Assembly: GCA_963675295.2 (NCBI GenBank)
Contig: CAXXKJ010000002.1
Span: 2,048,001 to 2,112,000 of the forward strand
Direction: 5' to 3'
Origin: a bacterium
Lineage (GTDB): Bacteria > Electryoneota > Electryoneia > Electryoneales > Electryoneaceae
DNA length: 64,000 nucleotides
A program made the position numbers and the translations under genes. The notes below the pieces were generated by a model. That model made no database searches and had not been told where the DNA came from. It saw only the letters and a list, made by a program, of their open reading frames with translations. Below, in pieces: positions 9,641 through 19,097 of this stretch (position 1 is the first letter of the stretch; each line of letters begins with the position of its first letter).

Positions 9641-10357
9641 GTGAATCGTCAGCGAATTGATACAGTTGCAAGTCTGCTTCTTCTCGTGATCGTGGTGGTG
9701 TGTGTCGTCGGAATCGGCCGCTACTACATGGTAACGCGTGAGATCGAGCAGATTAAGGCAGAAGATGCCCGCCGCGTGATCGGTTCGGACAAGGTGTTGC
9801 TTGAGACGGTGCAGAACCTGGAAAACACCTTGGCGGAACGTATCGCCTACCAGTTTGTCAGTGACGAGGATCCCCTGGATCTGACAAAGGTGATCACCAG
9901 CATGGACTTCCTGCGCAAACTAGGCGCGGACAAGAAAGATCCGGATGCGACGGTGATGCGGCTCGCGGCCACGGTTGTCGGGGATGATGGCAGCGCTACG
10001 GCGGTGATCCGTTATCTCGGCACCGGCCACATTCTGCGAGTTGGAGATGTCCTCGAGGGTTGGGAAGTCAAGAGCATCACGAAGGAAGAAGTGAAGCTCG
10101 CCCGCGGTGGCCAGACTCGTTCTCTGGTGAACCGTCCGATTCGTGAGACACTACAGGCTGCCACAGGCACGATCCTTAGTGTCCGTCCGATGTCGGAAGA
10201 TGCGTGGCAATCGGTGTATACCGACCACGGGTATCCCGGCGATGTGAATCCGTCTGTTGAAGACGAGACAGAGGACTTGACGGAAGAAGTTCCGGCGGAA
10301 GCTGTGCCGGACTCGACCGAAGCACCGGCGGATTCCACGCAGAGTGGCAACCGGTAA
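9641..10357 (+). CDS. PilP/GspC-like protein (TM-anchored, no lipobox)
   Basis: Lies between pilO and pilQ; MRLAATV..AVI..ILRVGDVLEGWEVKSITKEEVKL beta domain. Confidence 0.65.
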   Translation: MNRQRIDTVASLLLLVIVVVCVVGIGRYYMVTREIEQIKAEDARRVIGSDKVLLETVQNLENTLAERIAYQFVSDEDPLDLTKVITSMDFLRKLGADKKDPDATVMRLAATVVGDDGSATAVIRYLGTGHILRVGDVLEGWEVKSITKEEVKLARGGQTRSLVNRPIRETLQAATGTILSVRPMSEDAWQSVYTDHGYPGDVNPSVEDETEDLTEEVPAEAVPDSTEAPADSTQSGNR

Positions 10358-10477
10358 GAGTAATTGTACCCGATGATTACGCTGGTGCAAGGGGCATAGT
10401 ACATGGGTCATGCACCGGCGTCCAGGGATAGAAAAGAACTGAGTGCACAGTAGCTGATCCCCAGGGAGAAAACGTTC

Positions 10478-11872
10478 ATGCGTTGCAAGGCCATCACCGT
10501 GCTGTTGGCGGCACTGTTTGCCTTCACCACGGTCGCGACCGGTGTTTATGCCGGTACTGAGAACGATGCGGCAAGTACCGATCGTTCCGCGATGTTGAGC
10601 AAGACCGTTACGATTGATGCCGATGACGCCAGTCTTCCGACGGTGTTGTCGATTCTCGCAGCCGAGAGCGGTTACAACATCGTGACCGGTCCCGGAGTGA
10701 ACCAGCAGGAACGGATTACGGTTCACTTGAGAAATACCCCGATTGAAGAAGCGATGAACCTTGTGGTTCGTGCTGCCGGGCTTTCCTACGAAGTGGTGGG
10801 GAACAGCTTCCTGGTCGCCGAACAGCGCAAGCTTCGTGAAGAAGTCGGTTTGACCAGTTACGTGGTCAATCTGCAGTATGCGAACGCGGAAGAAATCGCG
10901 GACATGCTGCAGGACTTTAACGCGTCGATCCAGATTGACAAAAGCGGCAACAAGATCCTGCTGATCACCAGCCCGAAGGTGATCAACGAGATCCGTTCCG
11001 TCATCGCGGCCGTTGACCGTCCGGCGCTGCAGATCATGCTTGAAGCTCGCCTGATCGAGGTGGCGGTTGAAGATGAAGAGAAATACGGCATCAACTGGAA
11101 CAAGCTGACCCCGTTCGAAACGATTGTGTACGAAGGGTCGGACGTGCCGAACTCGTCGCGTGCCGGCGAAGTTCCGCAGCAGGTTCCGTATGTGCCGATT
11201 GACGATCTGAACACGTTCGGCCAGTTTGGTTACCAGGAGCCGATGTTCGAGTTGACCATCGACTACCTGTTGAAGAACAACCTGGCGGAAGTGTTGGCGA
11301 ACAGCCAGATCGCGACGATGAACAACAAGCCGGCACAGATCAACGTCGTCGACCGCATTCCGTTCATTTTGTCGTCCGGCGGCCTCGGTGGCCAGGTCCG
11401 TACACAGATTGAGGAAGTCGGCATCAAGCTGGACATCGTTCCGACCGTGAATACGGATGGGTACATCACCACCCAGATCACGCCGGAAGTGTCCAACGTC
11501 TTCCAGTTGATCGGTCCGGACCAGAACATTCCGTGGGTTGTCAGCCGTCGTGCGACGACGACGATCCGCGTGAAGGACGGCCAGTCGATCGTGATCGCGG
11601 GTCTGCTTGGTGTGAACCGCAAGAACACGATCTACAAGGTTCCGTTCCTCGGCGACATTCCGTTCGTCGGTGGCCTGTTCCGTCACAAGTCGATGCAGGT
11701 TAAAAAGACCGACCTGATCATCGAGATTACGCCGCACATCATCCAGGATGGTATGTCGGCAATCGAGAAGAGCCCGTTGGTGCGCGAGGCGGAACGTCAT
11801 TCGTTGCAGCAGACGGAATTCGAGAGGGCGGCTGAGGAGAACCTCAAGAAGTATGAGGACGTGGACGAGTAG
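10478..11872 (+). CDS. pilQ: Secretin PilQ (short form)
   Basis: Signal peptide; LQYANAEE (N3); QIMLEARLIEV; VGIKLDIVP; VKDGQSIVIAGL; KVPFLGDIPFVGGLFR; LIIEITPHII. Confidence 0.92.
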   Translation: MRCKAITVLLAALFAFTTVATGVYAGTENDAASTDRSAMLSKTVTIDADDASLPTVLSILAAESGYNIVTGPGVNQQERITVHLRNTPIEEAMNLVVRAAGLSYEVVGNSFLVAEQRKLREEVGLTSYVVNLQYANAEEIADMLQDFNASIQIDKSGNKILLITSPKVINEIRSVIAAVDRPALQIMLEARLIEVAVEDEEKYGINWNKLTPFETIVYEGSDVPNSSRAGEVPQQVPYVPIDDLNTFGQFGYQEPMFELTIDYLLKNNLAEVLANSQIATMNNKPAQINVVDRIPFILSSGGLGGQVRTQIEEVGIKLDIVPTVNTDGYITTQITPEVSNVFQLIGPDQNIPWVVSRRATTTIRVKDGQSIVIAGLLGVNRKNTIYKVPFLGDIPFVGGLFRHKSMQVKKTDLIIEITPHIIQDGMSAIEKSPLVREAERHSLQQTEFERAAEENLKKYEDVDE

Positions 11873-11918
11873 TCTCGTTGCCGGTAACGGATTGGCAGAC
11901 GGAAAGAGGAACTCCCTG

Positions 11919-13601
11919 ATGGAATCCGTATCTGGTGGCAGGCGTTTCATTCAGCTATTGGTTCTTTGCACAGCGATCCTTTGTTACGCTGGAACAACGC
12001 AGGCCCAACGTTCTCAGAAGTCGACGTCTGAACGGTCGTTGACTTTTGAAGAGCGGGTCAGTGAGTCCAGGAAGAACGTTCTCGGGGTGCTCGACCAGGG
12101 CACCCGGGCGTCAACGCCGCAATCGGCGTCGTTGGCGCAGGACGCACCGATCGATCCGGACACGTATGTGCTCGGTCCCGGTGATGTTCTCGGCATCAAT
12201 TTGTACGGCGGTGTAGGCATGTTCTACACCGCGACGGTGACGCCGGAGGGGACGTTGGTTGTGCCGCAATTGCCGATGATTGACATCGGTGGGTTGACGC
12301 TAACCGCGGCACGTGACACGATTTCCGCCCATTGGAGCGGCGAACTGGACAACATTCCACTGGAAGCGTCTCTGCTGCAGATGCGGCAGATGCGGGTTTC
12401 GGTTGGTGGGGCGGTGAATGTGCCGGGGCAGTATGTGGTTACTCCGGCCGATCGTGCGCTGACCGTGATCGATCTGGCCGGCGGTGTGACGGACAACGCC
12501 AGTGAAAGGCGTGCCACGCTGATTCATGCGGATGGCAGCCGCGAAAACGTTGACCGTTTGCGGTTCCTGCGCTTCGGTGCGAAAGATGCGAATCCGTTGT
12601 TGACCGCTGGTGACCATCTCATGGTTGAGCCGGTTGTCAAGGTTGATGTGGCCGCGTATATCGAGGTCGGCGGGGGAGTGAGCATCCCCGGCACCTATGA
12701 ATGGGTGCGGGGTGATCGCGCCATCCATGCGATCGAACTGGGCGGTGGAGTTCGCGAATCGGCAGCTGTCGATTCCGTTCGGATCACTCATTTCGTATCC
12801 GGTCAACCGGAAACCCGGGCGTATACGTACGGCCAGGTGCAGGCGACTGGCGGTCCGGAGCTGAATCCGGGCGATCTGGTGTATCTGCAACTTGCCGCAA
12901 CCTGGCAGCCTTCACGTGCTACTGTGCTGGTGAAGGGCGAGGTGAAGCGGCCGGGCCGGTACCCGATCGTGGACGGAGAAACGACGCTGCTTCAGATCAT
13001 CGATCAGGCGGGTGGGTTTACGGAACGCGCGTCGTTGCGTGGATCTCGAGTCTGGCGGTTGCAGAACGACGATTTTGCGTTATCCCGTGAAGTGGAGCGA
13101 TTAGACACGATTGATGTGACGTTGCTGAGTCGTTCCGATCAATACCTGTTGCGGGACTACAAGCGGTTGTTGAATCGGGATTTCGTGCCGGTGGATTTCG
13201 TCGACCTGTTTGAAGGCGGCAAAAAGGATCGTGAACAGAACAACATCGTACTTTACGATAGCCTGGTGGTGAACGTTCCGCGAGAAGTGCATTATGTGCT
13301 TGTGCTTGGGGCGGTGGAATCGCCGGGGTATTACCAATACGAGCCGGGATGGGAGTACAAGGACTACATCAATGGTGCTGGCGGGTATCTGAAGGAGGGA
13401 GACGAGAGGAACACGCGTCATCTTCCGTATGAAAGTTCGCAATTCATGCTTGCCCGCAACGATAGCGATGTAAATTCCGGTGATGTTCTTTATGTGCCTG
13501 AGAAGTACATCCCGCCGTTCTGGACGACGTTCCGGGACTACTTCTCGGTGTTCCTGCAAGCTGCGACCCTCGCGATTCTGATTTACGCGAACACGCAGTA
13601 G
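11919..13601 (+). CDS. SLBB-repeat polysaccharide export (OPX/Wza/KpsD-like) protein
   Basis: Signal peptide; YVLGPGDVLGI poly_export motif; four V.V.G.V..PG.Y SLBB repeats; C-terminal amphipathic helix FWTTFRDYFSVFLQAATLAILIY. Confidence 0.85.
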   Translation: MESVSGGRRFIQLLVLCTAILCYAGTTQAQRSQKSTSERSLTFEERVSESRKNVLGVLDQGTRASTPQSASLAQDAPIDPDTYVLGPGDVLGINLYGGVGMFYTATVTPEGTLVVPQLPMIDIGGLTLTAARDTISAHWSGELDNIPLEASLLQMRQMRVSVGGAVNVPGQYVVTPADRALTVIDLAGGVTDNASERRATLIHADGSRENVDRLRFLRFGAKDANPLLTAGDHLMVEPVVKVDVAAYIEVGGGVSIPGTYEWVRGDRAIHAIELGGGVRESAAVDSVRITHFVSGQPETRAYTYGQVQATGGPELNPGDLVYLQLAATWQPSRATVLVKGEVKRPGRYPIVDGETTLLQIIDQAGGFTERASLRGSRVWRLQNDDFALSREVERLDTIDVTLLSRSDQYLLRDYKRLLNRDFVPVDFVDLFEGGKKDREQNNIVLYDSLVVNVPREVHYVLVLGAVESPGYYQYEPGWEYKDYINGAGGYLKEGDERNTRHLPYESSQFMLARNDSDVNSGDVLYVPEKYIPPFWTTFRDYFSVFLQAATLAILIYANTQ

Positions 13602-13747
13602 CACAGGACAGCCATACATACGACTGGTTCTTTTGCACCAATTCTGGTCCTTCGGGGACGGGGCTGGGCGAAGCGGACCATTGAACGTGGAAATGACGAG
13701 GTTCGCTGAGGGCGGCGACTGGGCCGCTGAACGCAGGAGGTGGATAG

Positions 13748-16700
13748 ATGATACGTAAGCACATGACGATTACGCTGGCACTGCTGGTGCTATTTGCTGC
13801 CTTTGCGCTCGTGTCATGCGATGACAGCAATCCCATCGAGGGTGGTGGTGGAAATGAAGACCCGATCACCGCTCAGGTTCAGAACCTGTCGCTGTCGTTG
13901 AGCGCGTCGAACCTGGAGGGGTATTTCGGTAGCAAGGACACGGTCTCCGTGATCGCGACCGCGACGAACAACGCCGGTGAGCCGGTTGAGAACGCGAAGG
14001 TAACGATCACCACGTCCGAGTTCGGTACCGTCAGCTACCTGACGGACAACACCACGGATGAAAACGGGCAGGTGTCCGCGCGTCTCATCGTGACCTATGT
14101 CGATTTCGGCGAAAACAACACGACGGGTATCCAGGCAACTGCTGGTACCGTCAAGTCGCTTCCGGTACGTGAGGTGACGGCGACGACGAACGACATCCGC
14201 GTCCAGGTTACCGCGACGCCGAGCAACTCTGTAGCGCTTGCCGGCCAGATGGCGACGAGCGATATCCGTACCAAGGTGCTGGATAGCGTGACCGGCGTGG
14301 CGGTCGAAGGTGTGCCGATTCGCGTTGAGATCATCAATGGCGCCGATGCCATCCTCAGCGCGCCCTCGTACGATGCTGCCAGCAAGGTTTACACCTCGAC
14401 GTTGACCGTGGAAGAAGTTCAGGGCACGATCGACGTGCAGGTTCGCGCTTCGGTGAACGTCCCTGGTGCGCAGATCGCCTCGATTGCCGGCCTCAGTGCC
14501 GAGCTGCCGGTGACGGTTCCGGGTAAGGAAGCTCCGAACGCGGACGCCGCGGGTACGATTGAAGCTGGTGAAGCCAACGAAACGACCCCGGTGACGGATG
14601 CTGCTCCGGTCCTTGGCAAGGGCGGCGTTGCGCTGAACACGTGGAAAGCCGCGGACGGCCCCGGTGACAAGGGTGGCCGCACGTTGGCGGAAAGCGTTGT
14701 CGCTGACACAGTGATGGTCCACTGGACCGTCTGGGGTTCGTCAATTTCCGAGATCTACCTCAGCATCTCCCCGCGTAAAATCAAGGCGATGCCGAACGAG
14801 AGCCGGCAGTTGACCGTGACCGCGGTCGCTGCTGACGAGAACAACAACGGTATCCGGGATCTGCAGCTTTATCTCAAGCTGCGGAACCTCGACCCGACCG
14901 AACCGACGGGCACGATTACCGTCCCGGCACTGACGGACTCTGCCGGCAAGACGACCGCCATTGTCAGCACGAATGGCGAGTATGGTACCTGGGTTGTTGA
15001 AGCCCGCACCTCGCCGACGCAGGAAGATCCGTGGACGGACACATTGACCGTTTCCTCGGGTTCTGAGGTTGTGGCCGCGTTCTTGAGTGTTGATCCGAAC
15101 ATGATTTTCGCTGAGCCAGGAGTTTCCGCGACCGCGACGGTTCGCGCGATTGCCTACAACGAACGCAACAACGGTGTTCCGGATTATGAGCTGCACCTGA
15201 CGCTTCGCGATCCGGACGGCACGCCAATCGGCGCCTCGATTGCACAGCCGGATTCCACCGACTCGACAGGTACCGCGCTGACGACGATCCAGAGTAACGG
15301 CGACTACGGCGACTGGGTTGTTGAGGTTCGCGCTTACGAAGATCAGGAAGAACCGCTTGCCACAAAGAGTCTGAGCGTGGTTGAAGGTTCTGCGATCCAT
15401 TCGATTAACATGATCCTGTCCGACACTGAGGTGTTTGCGGAGCCGGATGCGAACAAGGAAATCGACGTCTGGGCGACCGCGCGTGACGATAACAGTTCCG
15501 CGCTGGAAAACCGCCTGGTCTATTTCAAGCTGGTGAGCCTGGACGGCAGTTCGACGGGTACGATTGCGTATTCCGACACGACGGATACCGCCGGTGTCGC
15601 GCATACGGTCATCAACACGGAAGGTCAGACGGGCGAATGGCGTGTTGAAGCCCGTGCCTATCCGACGCAGAACAATGCGCTTGCACAGCGTGATCTCGAC
15701 ATCATCGAAGGTTCTGCAGTTACCGACATTTCGGTGACCATCTCGCCGAACGTGTTGACGCCGGCCCCGGGTTCGGCGGATACCGCGCAGGTTCGCCTGG
15801 TTGCGTACGATGTGAACGGCGCTGGTGTGCAGGATGCTGAGCTGCATTTGTCAGTGCGAAATATGATCAACGGCGAACTTGCCGGTTCGGTCAGCGAACC
15901 TGACTCGACGGGTGAGGATGGCGGTGTGATCGCTCAGCTGCTGACCAACGGTCGTTACGGCGACTGGATCGTTGAAGCGCGCCCGTACGCGGGGCATCCG
16001 TTGGTATTCAGCGACACCGTCAAGGTGAAGCCGGGTTCGCCGCAATACTTTATCGCTGTGCCGGACACGAACAGCATTTCAGTATTCGGTACGAACGGTC
16101 TTGAACAGACGGACGTGCGGGCCACTCTCTACACGGAGAACGACCTGCCGACGATCGACGATCAGTGGATCTACTTCCTCGCGGAAGAGTTCCCCTGGAC
16201 GATGGATGATGATACCCGCCTGCGCATCAACGACAACTATGGCCAGGATAGCCCATTCCCGGATAATCGTATTGGCGTTCCGCCCGGAATCGGCTTGCCC
16301 TATGACTCGGTCTTTTCCGAGAACGGTGTCGCAAACGTCACGATCACCTCGGGTCAGAGCAAAGGCCACGTCCGACTCCGGATCTGGTCCAAGGATCAGA
16401 GTGGTGAGGAAGACGTTGTGACTTCGTTCAACGGTCTGCAGATCGTCTCGGGTCCGCCGGATTCCATTGATGTCGACTTCCGTCCGGAACCGTTTGACGG
16501 TGGTGGCGCGATCTGGGATCTTGAAGTCAGTGCTCGTGTCTTCGACGCACGCGGTAACGACGTGCTGGACGGCTACACAGTCTACTTCTCGGTTGACTCG
16601 ACTGAATACGCGCACATTCTGGACCGCGGTGTGACCGGTAACGAATCCGAGCATACGACGTCAGTTACTCCGGGTGTCTGCTACTCCACGCTCGAGTACC

Positions 16701-17218
16701 ACAGTGAAGCTACCAACCGTACGGTGATTGTGACGGCTTCGGCGTTGAACGGCAATGGTGAGGAAGTGTCGGACCACGTTTCGGTTCACCTGCCATTGGC
16801 GGAACCGTCTGGTGTGCTTACTGTTCAGCCGGCGAACTACGACTTCGGTGACCATCCCGGTGACCTTGGCGAGTTCGAACTGCGGCTGGATGTTTTTGAT
16901 GGTCACGGCTACGGAATCAACCAGCAGTTGGTGAGTTTCAGCCCGGCGAAGGGCCGCATCTTCCGGGTGAACGACATCAATTCGCCGACGGTGCCGTTCG
17001 CGTATACCGGTATCTGGGACTACCCGCTTTACACCATCTGGGACAATGATCCTGACGGTGTCGCGTACCGCTGGTTCCTGATTACTGAAGGTGAAGCGTT
17101 CCCGGATCCGTCCGTGGGTGAAACTCAGGTTCAGATTACGGCGGAGATTATCGGTGTGCCGGATGCTTCGGTGGAACCGGTGACCGTCTTCCTGATCCGC
17201 GACATTTCACCGGAATGA
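13748..17218 (+). CDS. Large lipoprotein with tandem Ig-like (Big_1/invasin-like) repeats
   Basis: Lipobox LVS-C; TTDENGQV-type motifs; four ~108-aa repeats each ending G.YG.W.VEAR. Confidence 0.75.
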   Translation: MIRKHMTITLALLVLFAAFALVSCDDSNPIEGGGGNEDPITAQVQNLSLSLSASNLEGYFGSKDTVSVIATATNNAGEPVENAKVTITTSEFGTVSYLTDNTTDENGQVSARLIVTYVDFGENNTTGIQATAGTVKSLPVREVTATTNDIRVQVTATPSNSVALAGQMATSDIRTKVLDSVTGVAVEGVPIRVEIINGADAILSAPSYDAASKVYTSTLTVEEVQGTIDVQVRASVNVPGAQIASIAGLSAELPVTVPGKEAPNADAAGTIEAGEANETTPVTDAAPVLGKGGVALNTWKAADGPGDKGGRTLAESVVADTVMVHWTVWGSSISEIYLSISPRKIKAMPNESRQLTVTAVAADENNNGIRDLQLYLKLRNLDPTEPTGTITVPALTDSAGKTTAIVSTNGEYGTWVVEARTSPTQEDPWTDTLTVSSGSEVVAAFLSVDPNMIFAEPGVSATATVRAIAYNERNNGVPDYELHLTLRDPDGTPIGASIAQPDSTDSTGTALTTIQSNGDYGDWVVEVRAYEDQEEPLATKSLSVVEGSAIHSINMILSDTEVFAEPDANKEIDVWATARDDNSSALENRLVYFKLVSLDGSSTGTIAYSDTTDTAGVAHTVINTEGQTGEWRVEARAYPTQNNALAQRDLDIIEGSAVTDISVTISPNVLTPAPGSADTAQVRLVAYDVNGAGVQDAELHLSVRNMINGELAGSVSEPDSTGEDGGVIAQLLTNGRYGDWIVEARPYAGHPLVFSDTVKVKPGSPQYFIAVPDTNSISVFGTNGLEQTDVRATLYTENDLPTIDDQWIYFLAEEFPWTMDDDTRLRINDNYGQDSPFPDNRIGVPPGIGLPYDSVFSENGVANVTITSGQSKGHVRLRIWSKDQSGEEDVVTSFNGLQIVSGPPDSIDVDFRPEPFDGGGAIWDLEVSARVFDARGNDVLDGYTVYFSVDSTEYAHILDRGVTGNESEHTTSVTPGVCYSTLEYHSEATNRTVIVTASALNGNGEEVSDHVSVHLPLAEPSGVLTVQPANYDFGDHPGDLGEFELRLDVFDGHGYGINQQLVSFSPAKGRIFRVNDINSPTVPFAYTGIWDYPLYTIWDNDPDGVAYRWFLITEGEAFPDPSVGETQVQITAEIIGVPDASVEPVTVFLIRDISPE

Positions 17219-17238
17219 TGGAGTCATAGCCATCCCAA

Positions 17239-17276
17239 ATTCACCCCGGGTGAACGGTCAGGCCCGGGGTGAATCT
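17239..17276 (+). terminator. Stem-loop (terminator or mRNA stability element)
   Basis: ATTCACCCCGGG..CCCGGGGTGAAT inverted repeat. Confidence 0.55.
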
Positions 17277-17323
17277 TAACCTCGAGATGTTCCACTCTCA
17301 TACTGCCGACGAAGGAAGGGTTG

Positions 17324-19045
17324 ATGGAAGCAGGATTTCGTGTAAGCCAACAGATCGGTGAATTGCTCATCGAAGCTGGTTTTGTCACCGATGCGCAGTT
17401 AACGGAAGCATTGGAAAAGGCACCTGAAGAAGGTCTTCGTGTTGGTGAAATGCTGGTCGCACTGGGTTTTGCCACCGAAGAGAACGTTTTTTCGGCGTTA
17501 GCCAAGCAGGGTGATTACCGATTCTTCAACAACGAAGAATTGTTGGAATCGAAGGAAGAAGTCGTCCGGATGATTCCGGAAGAATTCGCCCTTGAAAATA
17601 CTTTGATTGCGGTTCGTCGTGAGGATGGCACTGTCTGGGTTGCGATGGAAGATCCGGATGATATTATCGCCATCGACAACCTGCACAAGATCGCTCCCGA
17701 CGATGTGAAGGTTGAAGTCGGAATGGCGGCGCCGCAGGGCATCCGTCACGCGATTGACCAGCTGTATGTCCGGATTCGTAAGCAGCGTGAGACGAAGGAA
17801 GTAATTGGCGACCTGCACTTCTTTGCCGAGTCGGAAGAGGGCGATGAGGGCATGGTCGACATGACCGATACGGCGAAGCAGGAAGACGCTCCGATCATCA
17901 AGCTGGTGAACATGATCATCAGCGAAGCGATGAAAGAGCGTGCCACGGATATCCACATTGAGCCGAAGGAGGACAACGTCCTCGTTCGCTACCGTATTGA
18001 TGGTGTGTTGAACGCGGTGATGGAACCTCCCCGCACGGCTCACAACGGTATTGTCGCCCGCATCAAGATCATTTCGAAGCTGAACATCGCGGAAAAGCGT
18101 TTGCCGCAGGACGGCCGTTTTACCATTCGTGCGAAGGATCGCGAGGTGGACGTTCGTGTATCGATCCTGCCGACGGTGAATGGCGAAAAGGTCGTGATGC
18201 GTTTGCTCGACAAGGGCACGTTTGGCTTTACGCTGGCGACGCTCGGATTCGAAGATCACCAGTACAAGATCTTCAAGCGCAACATCATCAAGCCGTACGG
18301 CATGATCATCATTTCCGGCCCGACGGGTTCCGGTAAGTCGACGACGTTGTATTCTTCGCTGCGTGAGATCATGAGCGAAGGCGACAACATCACGACGGTT
18401 GAGGATCCGGTTGAGTATCACCTCGACGGGATCAACCAGGTTCAGGTGAAGCCGCGTATCGGGTTGACGTTTGCTTCGTCGCTGCGATCGATTCTGCGTC
18501 AGGACCCGGACCGCCTGCTGATCGGTGAGATTCGAGATGAAGAAACGGCCGACATCGCGGTCAAGTTCTCGCTGACCGGTCACCTTGTGTTCTCGACGGT
18601 TCACGCGAACGACGCGCCGTCCACGATCACGCGTCTGGTCGACATCGGCGTCCCGCCGTTCCTCGCCGGTTCGTCCCTGCTGTTGGTCATGGCGCAGCGT
18701 CTTGTGCGTACCGTCTGCCCGCACTGCAAGCAGCAGTACACTCCGAAGGACACGGAGTTTGAGTACCTGGAGATTTCGAAAGAGGATCAGAACTCGATCG
18801 AATGGTACCAGGGCCGTGGCTGCGTGCATTGCCGAAACACGGGCTATCACGGTCGTACGGGTGTTTTCGAATTGTTGCAGGTGACGCCGGATGTGCGCCG
18901 TCTGATCTTCGAAAATGCGAGCCAGGACGAGATCCGTGACATGGCGATTGAGCAGGGGATGCAGACCCTGCGTGAGCACGGCATCGACAAGACAAAGCGT
19001 GGATTGACGACACTCGCGGAGATTCTGCGCGTGACGACAGAATAG
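17324..19045 (+). CDS. pilB: Pilus extension ATPase PilB
   Basis: MshEN-like N-terminus, ATDIHIEP, EKRLPQDGRF, GPTGSGKST, LRQDPD, CPHC..CVHC zinc motif. Confidence 0.95.
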   Translation: MEAGFRVSQQIGELLIEAGFVTDAQLTEALEKAPEEGLRVGEMLVALGFATEENVFSALAKQGDYRFFNNEELLESKEEVVRMIPEEFALENTLIAVRREDGTVWVAMEDPDDIIAIDNLHKIAPDDVKVEVGMAAPQGIRHAIDQLYVRIRKQRETKEVIGDLHFFAESEEGDEGMVDMTDTAKQEDAPIIKLVNMIISEAMKERATDIHIEPKEDNVLVRYRIDGVLNAVMEPPRTAHNGIVARIKIISKLNIAEKRLPQDGRFTIRAKDREVDVRVSILPTVNGEKVVMRLLDKGTFGFTLATLGFEDHQYKIFKRNIIKPYGMIIISGPTGSGKSTTLYSSLREIMSEGDNITTVEDPVEYHLDGINQVQVKPRIGLTFASSLRSILRQDPDRLLIGEIRDEETADIAVKFSLTGHLVFSTVHANDAPSTITRLVDIGVPPFLAGSSLLLVMAQRLVRTVCPHCKQQYTPKDTEFEYLEISKEDQNSIEWYQGRGCVHCRNTGYHGRTGVFELLQVTPDVRRLIFENASQDEIRDMAIEQGMQTLREHGIDKTKRGLTTLAEILRVTTE

Positions 19046-19097
19046 GGCAGGGTTGCGTTTGCAGCTTTGAGCGCACGAACCACCAGGACGGACGAAC

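Noticed and set aside
11748-11918. Extended N-termini in the ORF track (also 20320, 23681, 29460, 37157, 41463, 48058, 55636)
   Set aside because: Downstream starts have better RBS, signal peptide or homology boundaries and avoid overlaps
10151-11950. 599-aa antisense ORF over pilQ; similar ones at 7285-8367, 17498-19138, 21384-23174, 39708-40775, 44427-46142, 55879-57693 and 58444-59700
   Set aside because: Shadow ORFs mirroring well-supported genes; explained by GC3-biased codon usage; no motifs or RBS
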